DNA of 64,000 nucleotides. It comes from an uncultured Acholeplasmataceae bacterium. GTDB lineage: Bacteria; Bacillota_I; Bacilli_A; ML615J-28; CAG-698. A program made the position numbers and the translations under genes. The notes under the pieces were generated by a model. It saw only the letters and a list, made by a program, of their open reading frames with translations. It did not search any database and was not told the DNA's origin. Positions 47,396-57,487 of this stretch are shown here, in pieces (within the stretch, counting starts at the first letter, position 1; each line of letters begins with the position of its first letter). The stretch is from assembly GCA_963542825.1 (NCBI GenBank), contig CAUTZD010000002.1, positions 6,326-70,325 on the forward strand, written 5' to 3'.

Positions 47396-48505
47396 ATGAT
47401 ATATTTGGATTATGCAGCGACAACGCCAGTTGATAAAGAAATCAAAGAATTAAGAAACAAAATTGAAGATGACTTTTTTGCTTCCTACAATTCTTTGCAT
47501 TTTTTGGGTGGAGAGAGTCGTGCACTTTTTCTTAAAAACAAAGAAGAAGTTTTAGCTCTTCTCAATTTAAAAAACCACGATCTTGTTTTAACCCAAAACG
47601 CGACGCAAGCAAATAACCTCGCAATTCGTGGATATACAGACAGTAAAAACGGAAACGTTGTTACAACAAAACTTGAACATGCATCAGTCGCGAATGTCTT
47701 TTCTAACCTCAAAGGTGTTGAAGTGCGCTATGTTAATAGTCTTCCTGATGGAACAATTGATATCAGTGATTTAAAAACAAAAGTTGATAAGAACACAATT
47801 CTTGTTTCAGTTATGTGGGTAAATAACATAACAGGGAGTATTTTGCCAATTAAAGAAGTTATCGAAGTAGTTAAAAAATATCCTAGGGCTAGACTCCATG
47901 TTGATATGGTTCAGGGATTTGGAAAAACACCTCTAACTTTTTCTTTAAATGATATCGATTTTTTTACATTTTCTTTACACAAAATTTATGGACCAAAGGG
48001 AATTGGTGGATTATTTTTTAATAAGTCCTTGTCGCTATCACCAATCATCAACGGATCGATGGGCACAATTCCTTTAATGCCTGGGACCCAGGATACCTTT
48101 TCAATGGTTGCGATTAATACGCTTTTTAAGAAATATGTTGTTAATCCTAGTCACTTAGAACATGTAAAAAAACTTTGGCTAAGACTTAATGACTACTGTG
48201 CTCATGACGAGCATTTTCTTGTGAACTCATGCTTAAAGAATTCATCGTTTTATGTTTATAATGTTAGCGTTAAAAACCATCCTTCACAAACGACTGTCAA
48301 CTACTTAAGTAGTAAAGGTATCATGATATCAGCGGGCGCTGCTTGTTCTAGCAAAAAAATTTACGACAAAGTCATCTACGAACTTTTTAAAGATGAGAAG
48401 CGGGCAAGTGAATGCGTGCGCATTAGTTTTTCCTATTTAACAACACTGGAAGAAATCGATGAGCTTATCAAAGCGTTTAAGGAATACACATGCAAAAACT
48501 CATAA
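47396..48505 (+). CDS. cysteine desulfurase (class V aminotransferase, NifS/IscS family)
   Basis: IYLDYAATTP N-terminus, PLP-lysine motif SLHKIYGPKGIGG and active-site SAGAACSS. The ORF-track TTG at 47384 was trimmed to the ATG. Confidence 0.88.
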   Translation: MIYLDYAATTPVDKEIKELRNKIEDDFFASYNSLHFLGGESRALFLKNKEEVLALLNLKNHDLVLTQNATQANNLAIRGYTDSKNGNVVTTKLEHASVANVFSNLKGVEVRYVNSLPDGTIDISDLKTKVDKNTILVSVMWVNNITGSILPIKEVIEVVKKYPRARLHVDMVQGFGKTPLTFSLNDIDFFTFSLHKIYGPKGIGGLFFNKSLSLSPIINGSMGTIPLMPGTQDTFSMVAINTLFKKYVVNPSHLEHVKKLWLRLNDYCAHDEHFLVNSCLKNSSFYVYNVSVKNHPSQTTVNYLSSKGIMISAGAACSSKKIYDKVIYELFKDEKRASECVRISFSYLTTLEEIDELIKAFKEYTCKNS

Positions 48506-49689
48506 TTATTCGCTACGGGGAAATGACCTTAAAAAAGGATAACTATCGTTTCTTTCTTAATAAACTGAAAGATAGTTTTAAGAGTAGGTTTAAAGGCATA
48601 GCTCTAGAATATAACCTTGATAAATACAGGGGATATTTATATTATGATGAGGCCCTAGAAGAAAAGGTTATTGATAATTTACAAACAATTAGTGGACTAT
48701 ATTCATATAGTGTTTGTGAAAAGACACCCAAAGATTTAGATAGTGTTTCTCTGAAGGGTATAGAACTTTTAAAAAAGGAAACGTTTAGTACATATAAGCT
48801 TGAAACAAAGCGCGCAGATAAAACGTATCCTTTAACATCAATTGAAATTAGTAAAGAAGTAGCTAAAAGAATTGTTCCAAAGTTTCCCGATAAGAAAGTT
48901 GATGTCCATAATCCTGATATCGTTTTAAACATCGACTGGCGATTTGATGGGGCGTACTTATACACAAAAGAAGTAAAACTAATTGGTGGGTATCCTCAGC
49001 TCACGGCGTCTTCGACCTTAGCTTTATTAAGTGGAGGAATCGATTCGCCGGTTAGTTTATACTTGATGCTTAAAAAAGGAATGTACGTTGAGGCTTTGTA
49101 TTTTGAATCGCCGCCTCACACTTCTCAAGACGCTTTACAAAAAGTTATTAGTCTTGCTGAAAGACTTGCAAGTTACACTTCAAATCTTACTTTAACACTA
49201 CATACAATCAGCGTGACTAAAATTCAAGAAGCGATTCTTGATCACTGCGACAACAAATATTTGGTGACGCTTCTAAGACGCCAAATGATTAGACTTAGTG
49301 ATGTTTTAAGAAAAGCGCGGAAGCTTGTCAGTTTAACAACGGGCGAAAGTATCGGACAGGTGGCAAGCCAAACGGTCGAAGGGATGAAAAGCCTTGAGAA
49401 TCTCTCCGATGCGATAATTTTCCGGCCGCTTCTTACCTATGATAAAGAAGAGATAATTAAAATTTCAAGAGCAATTAAAACTTATGATATCTCAGTTCTT
49501 CCCTATGAAGACTGTTGTACGGTTTTTGTGCCTTTACACCCCGTGATTAAACCTGTGCTTTCTGATATCGTAAATGAAGAAAAAAAGCTTGATTTAGACA
49601 CCCTGATTTCTGAAGCTTTTAAGACACTTAAAAGCTATACAGTAAAAGTGGGAGAAAGGATTAATGTGTATTTAAATGGAAACAAATAA
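48490..49689 (+). CDS. thiI: tRNA 4-thiouridine(8) synthase ThiI
   Basis: N-terminal ferredoxin-like/THUMP region and PP-loop LLSGGIDSPV. Adjacent to the cysteine desulfurase gene. Confidence 0.9.
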   Translation: MQKLIIIRYGEMTLKKDNYRFFLNKLKDSFKSRFKGIALEYNLDKYRGYLYYDEALEEKVIDNLQTISGLYSYSVCEKTPKDLDSVSLKGIELLKKETFSTYKLETKRADKTYPLTSIEISKEVAKRIVPKFPDKKVDVHNPDIVLNIDWRFDGAYLYTKEVKLIGGYPQLTASSTLALLSGGIDSPVSLYLMLKKGMYVEALYFESPPHTSQDALQKVISLAERLASYTSNLTLTLHTISVTKIQEAILDHCDNKYLVTLLRRQMIRLSDVLRKARKLVSLTTGESIGQVASQTVEGMKSLENLSDAIIFRPLLTYDKEEIIKISRAIKTYDISVLPYEDCCTVFVPLHPVIKPVLSDIVNEEKKLDLDTLISEAFKTLKSYTVKVGERINVYLNGNK

Positions 49690-50218
49690 TGAAAAGCTCG
49701 AATTAACGCTTCAAGAGCTTGATCTAGAAATCGAAGAACTTTCCATAAAACTTGAGAACGCTTCGGAAGAGGATTTTCCTAAATATAAAGAAGAGCTTAA
49801 AGCGCTTTATCAAAAACAAAAACTTTTAAAAAAGAAAATGAGGTCAGGCATCGAAAACGTCAGATCGTGGGTTTGGGTATATGGAGTTCTTCAGACCATT
49901 ATATCTTCGCCCTTATCAATTCTTGTTTGGATACAGATTTTTAATTCGATAACTAAATCATTTAACGATACTCTAGGAAGACTTGGCAACAATGTCAGCA
50001 CGACAGCTTATAAGGTTATTTTGTCAGTTGTATTTTTTATAGCCCCTGCGCTTAATGTTTTTCTATCGTGGATTCTTTATGCTTTTGTCGTGCGAAAGGA
50101 TGTTCGGGAAGAAAGAATAACATACAAAATTATTTGGATTATTCAGGCATCTTTAACTTTAATTTCAATAATTATTGCCTTGGCTCTAATAATCATTCCC
50201 GCTTTTAAGGCAATATGA
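49676..50218 (+). CDS. hypothetical membrane protein (coiled-coil N-terminus, 3-4 TM)
   Basis: ORF is translationally coupled on both sides. No family motif recognised. Confidence 0.55.
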   Translation: METNNEKLELTLQELDLEIEELSIKLENASEEDFPKYKEELKALYQKQKLLKKKMRSGIENVRSWVWVYGVLQTIISSPLSILVWIQIFNSITKSFNDTLGRLGNNVSTTAYKVILSVVFFIAPALNVFLSWILYAFVVRKDVREERITYKIIWIIQASLTLISIIIALALIIIPAFKAI

Positions 50219-50946
50219 TTACATCTGTTAACAACGAGACAATTAAATTTTTTAAATCACTTACCACAAAAAAAGGCCAAGATTTAAATAAAATGTTTTT
50301 GGTTGAAGGCTTTCACTTAGTAAGTGAGGCTTATAAAAAAGGTCTTCTTGTTAAGGTTATTACAATAAAACCTCAAAGCGGTTTTGTGAATATAGAAGAA
50401 GTTTTGGTTAGTGATAACGTTTTAAAAAGTTTATCAAGTCTAAAGTCAGAAAGAGAAATCATCGGGGTTGTAAAAATTCCTGAAGGCCGTGATTTTGGAA
50501 AACGTATTGTTTTGCTTGATAACGTTCAGGACCCTGAAAACGTCGGGACACTGATTCGCTCAGCTCTTAGCTTTAATATGACTGGTGTCTTTCTGTCTAG
50601 GGGAAGTTGTGATATTTTTAATGAAAAAGTCATTAGGGGTACCCAAGGAGCGTTTTTTCACATTCCGTGTATACGCGGAGATAAACTCGAGTTTTTAAAT
50701 GATCTTATAAAGAAAGGCTATAAAATTATCGTTACCGATTTAAAAAGCAAAAACGATATCAAAGATTTAAGTTTTAAAGAGCCTTTTGTTTTGGTTCTTG
50801 GTAACGAAGGAAAGGGTGTTACAGAGGAAGTTACGAATTTAAAGACTGTTGATTTTAAATTAAATCAAAGTGAAAACTTTGATTCTTTAAATGTTGCCGT
50901 CGCCGGAAGCATCATTATGTGGTATATTAATGAGTGTAATAAGTAA
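50215..50946 (+). CDS. TrmH/SpoU-family RNA 2'-O-methyltransferase
   Basis: LDNVQDPENVGTLIRSA, LGNEGKGV and SLNVAVAGSI motifs. Confidence 0.88.
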   Translation: MITSVNNETIKFFKSLTTKKGQDLNKMFLVEGFHLVSEAYKKGLLVKVITIKPQSGFVNIEEVLVSDNVLKSLSSLKSEREIIGVVKIPEGRDFGKRIVLLDNVQDPENVGTLIRSALSFNMTGVFLSRGSCDIFNEKVIRGTQGAFFHIPCIRGDKLEFLNDLIKKGYKIIVTDLKSKNDIKDLSFKEPFVLVLGNEGKGVTEEVTNLKTVDFKLNQSENFDSLNVAVAGSIIMWYINECNK

Positions 50947-51568
50947 CTGGAAAGAACTTTTTAAACAAGAAGAAAATAAGCCGTATTTCAAAACGCTTAA
51001 GGAAAAAGTTCTTGAAGCTTACGAAAAGACAAAAGTGACGCCACCCCACGAGCTCATTTTCTCTGCTTTCAAAAGCGTGAGGTTTGAGGATGTTAAACTT
51101 GTTCTTCTTGGACAAGATCCATATCCCGGGGAAGGAGTAGCGGTAGGGCTCAGTTTTGTGAGCGGAAAAGGAACGCCAAAGTCACTGCAAAACATCTACC
51201 TTGAACTTGGCTGTGAGTGTGATTTAAGGTCTTGGACGAAAGAAGGCGTTTTGTTTCTCAACTCGATTCTTACAACTGAAGTTGGTAAAAGTTTGAGTCA
51301 TCGCGAATTTGGCTGGGAAACTTTTACTGATGAAGTCATAAGACAGCTTAGTTTGAGAGGCGGTGTGTGTTTTTTACTTCTTGGTAATTACGCCCAAAGT
51401 AAAGCTCATTTAATTGATCAAGAAAACAACAAAATCATCATGACCTCGCATCCGAGTCCCTTGAGCGCCCACAGAGGTTTTCTTGGTTCGGGGTGCTTTT
51501 TAAAGGTTAACGAATATCTAAAATCAATCAATAAAAAGGAGATTAATTTTTGGTGTCAAAAAGTGTAG
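50930..51568 (+). CDS. ung: uracil-DNA glycosylase (family 1)
   Basis: LLGQDPYPG, LNSILT and HPSPLSA. ATG at 50930; the upstream ORF-track extension was trimmed. Confidence 0.88.
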   Translation: MSVISNWKELFKQEENKPYFKTLKEKVLEAYEKTKVTPPHELIFSAFKSVRFEDVKLVLLGQDPYPGEGVAVGLSFVSGKGTPKSLQNIYLELGCECDLRSWTKEGVLFLNSILTTEVGKSLSHREFGWETFTDEVIRQLSLRGGVCFLLLGNYAQSKAHLIDQENNKIIMTSHPSPLSAHRGFLGSGCFLKVNEYLKSINKKEINFWCQKV

Positions 51569-52608
51569 TTTGTGTTTTTAATGATTTTAAAAAGACGATG
51601 ACCTCAGGCGAAGCTAATAAGGCTGTCAAGAAATATCTTGAATCGATTGGCTTTAAAGTTACGATGCTTGAAGCAAGTGATGGGGGTCCGGGTTTTTTAC
51701 AAACAATCGATGGCGACACTGTCGTTGTTGAAACGGTTGATAATCTTTTAAAACCAATAACCGCCTACTACAAAATATACGAACAACACGCTTTCATCGA
51801 GTCGTCCTTAATTATGAAAGAAAAGAACATCTGGGAAGCTAGTTCCTATGGCGTTGGTCTCATGATTCTTGATGCCGTGAAGAAAGGCGCTAAGTATATT
51901 CATTTAGGCCTCGGTGGTAGTTTAACAAACGATGGTGGCTTTGGGATTTTAAAAGCCCTAGGTGCTAAATTCTATCTCCAAGACGGAACAGAAGTTTTTG
52001 ATCCTAAGCTTAAAGATTTGAAAGTTATCGATAAAATTAGTCTTAATGAACTTTTAATAAAACAGGACGCCATATCGATTTTACTTGTATGCGATGTAAT
52101 GAATCCCCTTTTAGGACAAACGGGAGCAACGGCGGTATTTGCTCGGCAAAAAGGCGCGAAAAAAAGCGATTTGTTTATGCTTGAGCTTTCTTTAGCGAAA
52201 CTTCACAATTTGTTAAAAGTTCGCACTTCTAAAGAAGTAACTAACAAAAAAGGACTGGGAGCAGCCGGTGGAATGGGGCTTTGTCTGTATCATCTTTTCG
52301 ATACGAAAATCGTTTCCGGAAGCGAGTACTTTATTCTTCGCAACAAAGTCTTTAATACTTGCGATTATATAATCACTGGCGAAGGAAAATACGACGATCA
52401 ATCATTCCTTGGGAAACTACCATTTGTCATCAAAGAAAATTTTCCCAACAAGACGATTATTATTGCTGGGGAATCGCAAAAAAGTGGCTATCTAATCTTT
52501 GATCTCATTAGTAGCTACGGAAAAAAATTATCGTTTGAAAACCCCGAGGAAGCGCTCGTTAAAAAGGTTAAAGAACTATACTTAACAGGAATCTTAAAAA
52601 ATGACTAG
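51550..52608 (+). CDS. glxK: glycerate kinase
   Basis: SDGGPGF and GLGGSLTNDGGFGILKALG motifs. TTG/GTG start overlaps the ung 3' end. Confidence 0.8.
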   Translation: MVSKSVVCVFNDFKKTMTSGEANKAVKKYLESIGFKVTMLEASDGGPGFLQTIDGDTVVVETVDNLLKPITAYYKIYEQHAFIESSLIMKEKNIWEASSYGVGLMILDAVKKGAKYIHLGLGGSLTNDGGFGILKALGAKFYLQDGTEVFDPKLKDLKVIDKISLNELLIKQDAISILLVCDVMNPLLGQTGATAVFARQKGAKKSDLFMLELSLAKLHNLLKVRTSKEVTNKKGLGAAGGMGLCLYHLFDTKIVSGSEYFILRNKVFNTCDYIITGEGKYDDQSFLGKLPFVIKENFPNKTIIIAGESQKSGYLIFDLISSYGKKLSFENPEEALVKKVKELYLTGILKND

Positions 52609-52620
52609 CTATTAAAAAGA

Positions 52621-52649
52621 TTGCCGTAAAAATACTTTTAGGGTATACT
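52621..52649 (+). promoter_or_regulatory. promoter TTGCCG-17-TATACT upstream of rimP
   Basis: Hexamers at 17-nt spacing in the intergenic region. Confidence 0.5.
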
Positions 52650-52658
52650 ATAAATAGT

Positions 52659-52687
52659 AAAGTGAGACTAATGTAGTCTCACTTTTT
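52659..52687 (+). terminator. intrinsic terminator/attenuator hairpin in the rimP-nusA-infB leader (may also terminate glxK)
   Basis: GTGAGACTA / TAGTCTCAC perfect stem followed by TTTTT, 16 nt before the rimP ATG. Confidence 0.65.
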
Positions 52688-52702
52688 AAATGAAAGGGAA
52701 AT

Positions 52703-53155
52703 ATGCCAAAACTAAAAGAGCTTTTTGACATCATAAAAGAAGAAGCAAAGAAAGAAACTGAAGCTATAGGTTTAGACTTTATAAGTCTTAAACTTTGTGA
52801 AGACCGAAAAATACTTGAGGTTCTTGTGACCAAAGACACCGGTGTCGATATCGATGAAATCACAAAAATAAATAATCACCTTAGTAAGTTTCTTGACACT
52901 CTTCAAATAGATGATGATAATTACTTTTTGGAAGTTTCATCGCTTGGTATCGATGATGAAATTCCAAAAGAACTTATTAAAAATTATCAAGGTTTCTATC
53001 TACGTGTAAAAACAAACGATGATGAGTTTATAGGACGCCTAGTACGCGAGGAAAAAGATAAGATAATTTTACTAGTTAACAAAGTTAAAACCGAAATTAA
53101 ATTAGATAGCATTACAAAAATAATATTAAAAAATGAGGGAGAAGAAAATGAATAA
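52703..53155 (+). CDS. rimP: ribosome maturation factor RimP
   Basis: Size, LEVSSLGID motif and position upstream of nusA. Confidence 0.88.
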   Translation: MPKLKELFDIIKEEAKKETEAIGLDFISLKLCEDRKILEVLVTKDTGVDIDEITKINNHLSKFLDTLQIDDDNYFLEVSSLGIDDEIPKELIKNYQGFYLRVKTNDDEFIGRLVREEKDKIILLVNKVKTEIKLDSITKIILKNEGEENE

Positions 53156-54251
53156 AACTTTTTTTGATGCGATTGAAGAAATCACAACGCAAAGAAATTT
53201 AGAATTTGAACGCGTAATCGCGAAAGTTTGCCGGGCGATGGAAGTTGCTTGTCGGAATGCAAGTTTACCATACAAGGGAAGCATTAAAGCAGTAACTGAT
53301 GTCAGTAAGAAAAATGTCCGGTTTTATAATACTTATACAGTAGTAAGAGAGATTAACGAGGAAAAGCCTGTTCTTGGTGAGATTAGTTTAAAAGACGCTA
53401 AAGCTCTTAAACAAACAGCGAAGATTGGCGACGTTATTAAAACACGGATTGACCTTAAACTCTTTAACCGGAAAGCTGCGAGTCAGTTTAGATCAACATT
53501 TCTTTCTGAACTTATTGTTCTTGAAAAAGAAGAAACATTAGACTACTTTAAAAACCTAGTTGGCAAACTTATTACTGGAAGAGTTAGCGATGTTCGGGAA
53601 GATTTTATTGAATTTGCTATCGGAAAGAATACCATCACGCGGGTTTGGAATGATTATTTAGTACCAAACGTTAAGTATTTAATTGGTTCAGAAAAGAAGA
53701 TGCTTGTTAAGGCTGTTGAACCAGCTAAGAAATTTGTTAAGGTGACTGTATCACTTCTTGATAAAGACATCGTTGCGAAACTGTTTGAAGAACACGTTCC
53801 AGAGATTAAGAGTGGGGATATCGTCATTAAAGGTATCGAACGCTTCCCTGGCGTGAGAACTAAAGTTGGTGTTCAAAGTTTAAATCCAGAAATCGATGCC
53901 AAGGGGGCTTGTGTAGGGCCTGGTGGTATGCGAGTTAAAGCGATGAACGAAGAACTTGATGGTGAAATAATCGATGTTTTCCTTTGGAATGATAACCCAG
54001 AACTTTTAATGAAAGAAGCACTTGGACCAAGCGAGGTTTTAAGTGTTCAGGTTCAAGGTGATAAAAAAGTCAGAGTCATCGTTCCTGATGATCAGTTTAG
54101 TTTGGCAATCGGTGCTAAAGGTATTAATGTAAGACTGGCTGTTGGGGCTACTGGATACAGTATCGATATCAAAAAATTAAGTGATAAAGATAAACTTGAA
54201 GAAACAAATTATGAAGAGGCGGATACAAATGAAACGCCAGGTGAAAACTAA
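53148..54251 (+). CDS. nusA: transcription termination/antitermination factor NusA
   Basis: S1 and KH domains (GVRTKVGV, GACVGPGGMRV, LAIGAKGINVRLA). ATG at 53148 after a GGGAGAAG SD. Confidence 0.95.
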   Translation: MNKTFFDAIEEITTQRNLEFERVIAKVCRAMEVACRNASLPYKGSIKAVTDVSKKNVRFYNTYTVVREINEEKPVLGEISLKDAKALKQTAKIGDVIKTRIDLKLFNRKAASQFRSTFLSELIVLEKEETLDYFKNLVGKLITGRVSDVREDFIEFAIGKNTITRVWNDYLVPNVKYLIGSEKKMLVKAVEPAKKFVKVTVSLLDKDIVAKLFEEHVPEIKSGDIVIKGIERFPGVRTKVGVQSLNPEIDAKGACVGPGGMRVKAMNEELDGEIIDVFLWNDNPELLMKEALGPSEVLSVQVQGDKKVRVIVPDDQFSLAIGAKGINVRLAVGATGYSIDIKKLSDKDKLEETNYEEADTNETPGEN

Positions 54252-54495
54252 AGAAGTCATTCGCAAGTGTCTAATTACAAAAAAACACTATGACCGTAAT
54301 GGTTTAATAAGAATTGTAAAAACCAAAACTAAAGAAGTGTTTTTATCAGATACGGTTTTGGGGCACGGTTATTATTTAGTCAAGGATAAAGAAGTTATTA
54401 AGAAAGTTATTAGCAAAAAGCTTTTGAATAATTTTTTTAGAGATGTAAATCTTGATCATATCTATGAGGAACTTGAAAAATGGATAAGGTCTTGA
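54229..54495 (+). CDS. ylxR: YlxR/DUF448-family RNA-binding protein
   Basis: IRKCLITKK...LIRIV motif, after nusA. The start was chosen at the ATG at 54229. Confidence 0.85.
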   Translation: MKRQVKTKEVIRKCLITKKHYDRNGLIRIVKTKTKEVFLSDTVLGHGYYLVKDKEVIKKVISKKLLNNFFRDVNLDHIYEELEKWIRS

Positions 54496-54782
54496 ATTTT
54501 CTAGGATTGTCGCTTAGAGCAAAGAAAGTTATTTGCGGGGAAGAAAAAGTTTTAGAAGGAATTAAAAAGCGAAAAGTTTTTCTTGTTTTTGTTGGAAGCG
54601 ATACGAGTACTACTACTAAGAAACGCCTCGCAAACAAAGCTTTCTATTATAACGTTCCCGTAATTGATAACTATGAAAACGAAGAACTTATAAAGGCGAC
54701 AAGCTTAACTTATAAAATATATGGAATAATTGATTTAGGAATTGCTAAGGCAATTCTTGAAAGGAGGCAAAATGAAAATTGA
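54480..54782 (+). CDS. ylxQ: L7Ae-family ribosomal-protein-like protein YlxQ
   Basis: LGLSLRAKKVICGEE motif, between ylxR and infB. Confidence 0.85.
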   Translation: MDKVLNFLGLSLRAKKVICGEEKVLEGIKKRKVFLVFVGSDTSTTTKKRLANKAFYYNVPVIDNYENEELIKATSLTYKIYGIIDLGIAKAILERRQNEN

Positions 54783-57078
54783 TGCGATAGTTAAAAGAAT
54801 TAACGAAGAGTTTCAATTTGAAAACGAAACTAAAGGGACTAATCATAAGCTCCTTGAAAATGAGGAACTAGAAGAACTTTTAGATAATATTGGCGTCGAT
54901 TCTTCAGAAGATATTGATGATGGTGTTATTAAGAAACTATCAAAAAAATATGGTTTCGATATCAAAAAACCGTTCAAGCGCGAAGAAAAGATAGCGCCCG
55001 TTAAAGAAATGGTGACAACGATTAAAAAGGAAATCAAGGAAGAACCAGAGTCTGTAAAGAAAGAAACCGTTAAACCCGTTTCTAAACCAGAGCCAAAAAA
55101 ACAAGAAGTTAAAAAACCGGAAAAAGAGAAACCTAAAAAGGAAACTGTTAAGCCCGTTATTAGTGAGGAGGAAGAACTGATTTCCGAAATTGAAAAGCGC
55201 GGTTTTTATGAGGAAAAATATTCTGACCTTCAAAAAGAATCTCGCGTCCATTCGCGGATTAAAAACGTCAAGAAAAAACGAAGCTTCCGCGGCGATAGCC
55301 GTCTCACAAATGTTGGTGGTTTAGAAACGGATAATAAAGTCCTTATCTACAAAGAAGGGATGAGCGTTGCTCAAATTGCTGATGGTTTAAAAATTAACAT
55401 CGGCGAGGTTGTAAAAAAGCTCATTAGTTTAGGTCACATGGTCTCGGCTTCAAATACAATCGACAGAGATACAGTAGAGGTTTTAGCTCTTGAATATAAC
55501 TACGAACTAAAGAACCAAGAAGAAGTTGATATTGTTAAATTTGAGAATATCGAAATTGTTGACGATCCTAAAGATCTTGTTGAACGTCCACCGATTGTTA
55601 CAATCATGGGTCACGTAGACCATGGTAAGACAACACTTCTTGACACAATCAGAAACACAAAAGTTGTCGAGGGCGAAGCCGGACACATTACGCAGCATAT
55701 CGGAGCTTATCAGGTTAAGAAAAATGATAAGTATATTACTTTCATTGATACGCCAGGACACGAAGCTTTTACGGAAATGCGAAGCCGTGGTGCTCAGTTT
55801 ACCGACATTGTTGTTTTGGTAGTAGCAGCAGATGATGGTGTCATGCCACAAACAAAAGAGGCAATCGAACACGCGAAAGCTGCGAAGGTTCCAATTATTG
55901 TTGCGGTTAATAAAATTGATAAACCAAGCGCTAACCCTGAACAGGTCATTCAAGAGCTTTCAGCTTTCGGACTCGTTAGCGAAAAGTGGGGTGGTGATAC
56001 AATTTTTGTTCCGATTTCAGCTTTAAAAGGAACGGGGGTTGATGAACTTCTTGATAATATTTTAGTTCTTAGCGAAGTTTTGGAACTAAAAGCTAACCCT
56101 AACCGTTTAGGATTAGGAACTGTTGTTGAGGCGAAAATCGATAAGGGCCGCGGAGTCGTTGCAACAATTCTTGTTAAAAATGGTACTGTGAAAATTGGTG
56201 ACCCAATTGTTGCGGGTTCGTGCTTTGGTAGAATTCGTTCGATGAGTGATGAGAAACAAAAAATATTAAAACAAGCAAAGCCATCAAAAGCAATCGAGAT
56301 TACAGGACTTAGCGAAGTTCCAAATGCTGGTGATCAGTTCATTATTTTCGATGATGAAAAGACTGCACGTCTCATCGCTGAAAAGCGGGCCCAGGAAGCT
56401 TTTGATAAAGAGAAAGGCGTCGGAACAACTGTCAGCTTTGCATCGCTTGTTGCGAGCATGGATGACGATGATAAAATCCTTAAGCTCGTTGTCAAGGGTG
56501 ATGTTAATGGTTCAATTGAAGCATTGAAGTCTAGCCTTGATAAACTTGATGTTACGGGCGTAAGAATCGATATTATTCGTAGCGCTGTTGGTACGATTAC
56601 AGAAACTGATGTAACTTTAGCAAAAGCATCAAATGCTGTTATTATTGGTTTTAATGTCCGTCCAACTTCAACCATTAAAGATCTAGCTCGTGAACAAAAA
56701 GTAGAGATTAGATTATATTCAGTAATTTATGCTTTACTTGAAGATATCGAAAAAGCGATGAAAGGTATGCTTGATCCGGTATTTGAAGAAAAAACGATTG
56801 GTGAGGCTGAAGTCAGAAAAATCTTTAAAGCATCAAAGATTGGTACAATTGCGGGATCAAAAGTCATCAATGGTGTCATTAAACGTTCAGCTAAAGCTCG
56901 GGTTATAAGAGATGGTATTACCGTTTATGATGGGGAAATTTCTGGTCTTAAACATATCGCTGAAGATATCAAAGAAGCTAAGGAAGGTCTCGAATGTGGT
57001 ATCACAATTGCTAACTTTAACGATATCAAAGAAGGGGATATTATCGAAGCATATGAAATGGTTAAGGTGGAAAACTAA
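54772..57078 (+). CDS. infB: translation initiation factor IF-2
   Basis: Charged K/E/P-rich N-terminus, then GTPase motifs [17 protein letters not shown] and NKID. ATG at 54772 after a GGAGG SD. Confidence 0.96.
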   Translation: MKIDAIVKRINEEFQFENETKGTNHKLLENEELEELLDNIGVDSSEDIDDGVIKKLSKKYGFDIKKPFKREEKIAPVKEMVTTIKKEIKEEPESVKKETVKPVSKPEPKKQEVKKPEKEKPKKETVKPVISEEEELISEIEKRGFYEEKYSDLQKESRVHSRIKNVKKKRSFRGDSRLTNVGGLETDNKVLIYKEGMSVAQIADGLKINIGEVVKKLISLGHMVSASNTIDRDTVEVLALEYNYELKNQEEVDIVKFENIEIVDDPKDLVERPPIVTIMGHVDHGKTTLLDTIRNTKVVEGEAGHITQHIGAYQVKKNDKYITFIDTPGHEAFTEMRSRGAQFTDIVVLVVAADDGVMPQTKEAIEHAKAAKVPIIVAVNKIDKPSANPEQVIQELSAFGLVSEKWGGDTIFVPISALKGTGVDELLDNILVLSEVLELKANPNRLGLGTVVEAKIDKGRGVVATILVKNGTVKIGDPIVAGSCFGRIRSMSDEKQKILKQAKPSKAIEITGLSEVPNAGDQFIIFDDEKTARLIAEKRAQEAFDKEKGVGTTVSFASLVASMDDDDKILKLVVKGDVNGSIEALKSSLDKLDVTGVRIDIIRSAVGTITETDVTLAKASNAVIIGFNVRPTSTIKDLAREQKVEIRLYSVIYALLEDIEKAMKGMLDPVFEEKTIGEAEVRKIFKASKIGTIAGSKVINGVIKRSAKARVIRDGITVYDGEISGLKHIAEDIKEAKEGLECGITIANFNDIKEGDIIEAYEMVKVEN

Positions 57079-57416
57079 TGGGATTTCATCTAGAACGCCT
57101 AGCTTCGCAAATCCAGAGAGTTTTAAGTATTGCTTTAACCAAGGAAGCACGTGATTATAAACTTGAGTTTATTACGATTACGCGTGTTGAACTGACAAGC
57201 GATCTTAGCTATGCAAATTGTTTTTACACAACCCTTTATACAACAGATAAGGAAAAAGGTTTAGCAAAAGAAAGCCTAAAAGAGGCAAAGAGCTTCCTGA
57301 GGAAGAAAATTGCTGACAACGTTAAAATGCGCAAGATTCCTGATCTCAGATTTCACTATGATGATTCGTTTGAGCAAGGCAATAGAATTGATGGAATATT
57401 GGCAAAAATCAAGTAG
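57078..57416 (+). CDS. rbfA: ribosome-binding factor A
   Basis: Size, KH-like fold motifs (ITITRVELTSDLSYA, MRKIPDLRFHYDDS) and position after infB. Confidence 0.92.
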   Translation: MGFHLERLASQIQRVLSIALTKEARDYKLEFITITRVELTSDLSYANCFYTTLYTTDKEKGLAKESLKEAKSFLRKKIADNVKMRKIPDLRFHYDDSFEQGNRIDGILAKIK

Positions 57417-57487
57417 TGCAATCTGCACATTGCTATGATTAGATAATTTAGATATAATTTTACATATGGAGGAAAATTTAAAAAAAT

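Noticed and set aside
50930-51568. Uracil-DNA glycosylase with GQDPYPG instead of the usual GQDPYHG water-activating loop
   Set aside because: This is a single-residue deviation recalled from memory. The catalytic Asp and the HPSPLSA His motif are present. It is not enough to claim altered function without an alignment.
36756-54771. Upstream-extended starts in the ORF track for rplN, rpsH, rplF, the cysteine desulfurase, ung, nusA, ylxR and infB
   Set aside because: The extensions begin at non-ATG or poorly placed codons inside the preceding gene. The canonical family N-termini start at internal ATGs preceded by good SDs, so the coordinates were trimmed.
54990-55200. Repeated KKETVKPV / K-E-P-rich segment in infB as a possible tandem repeat or insertion
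   Set aside because: IF-2 N-terminal regions are normally low-complexity, charged and variable in length. This has no independent significance.
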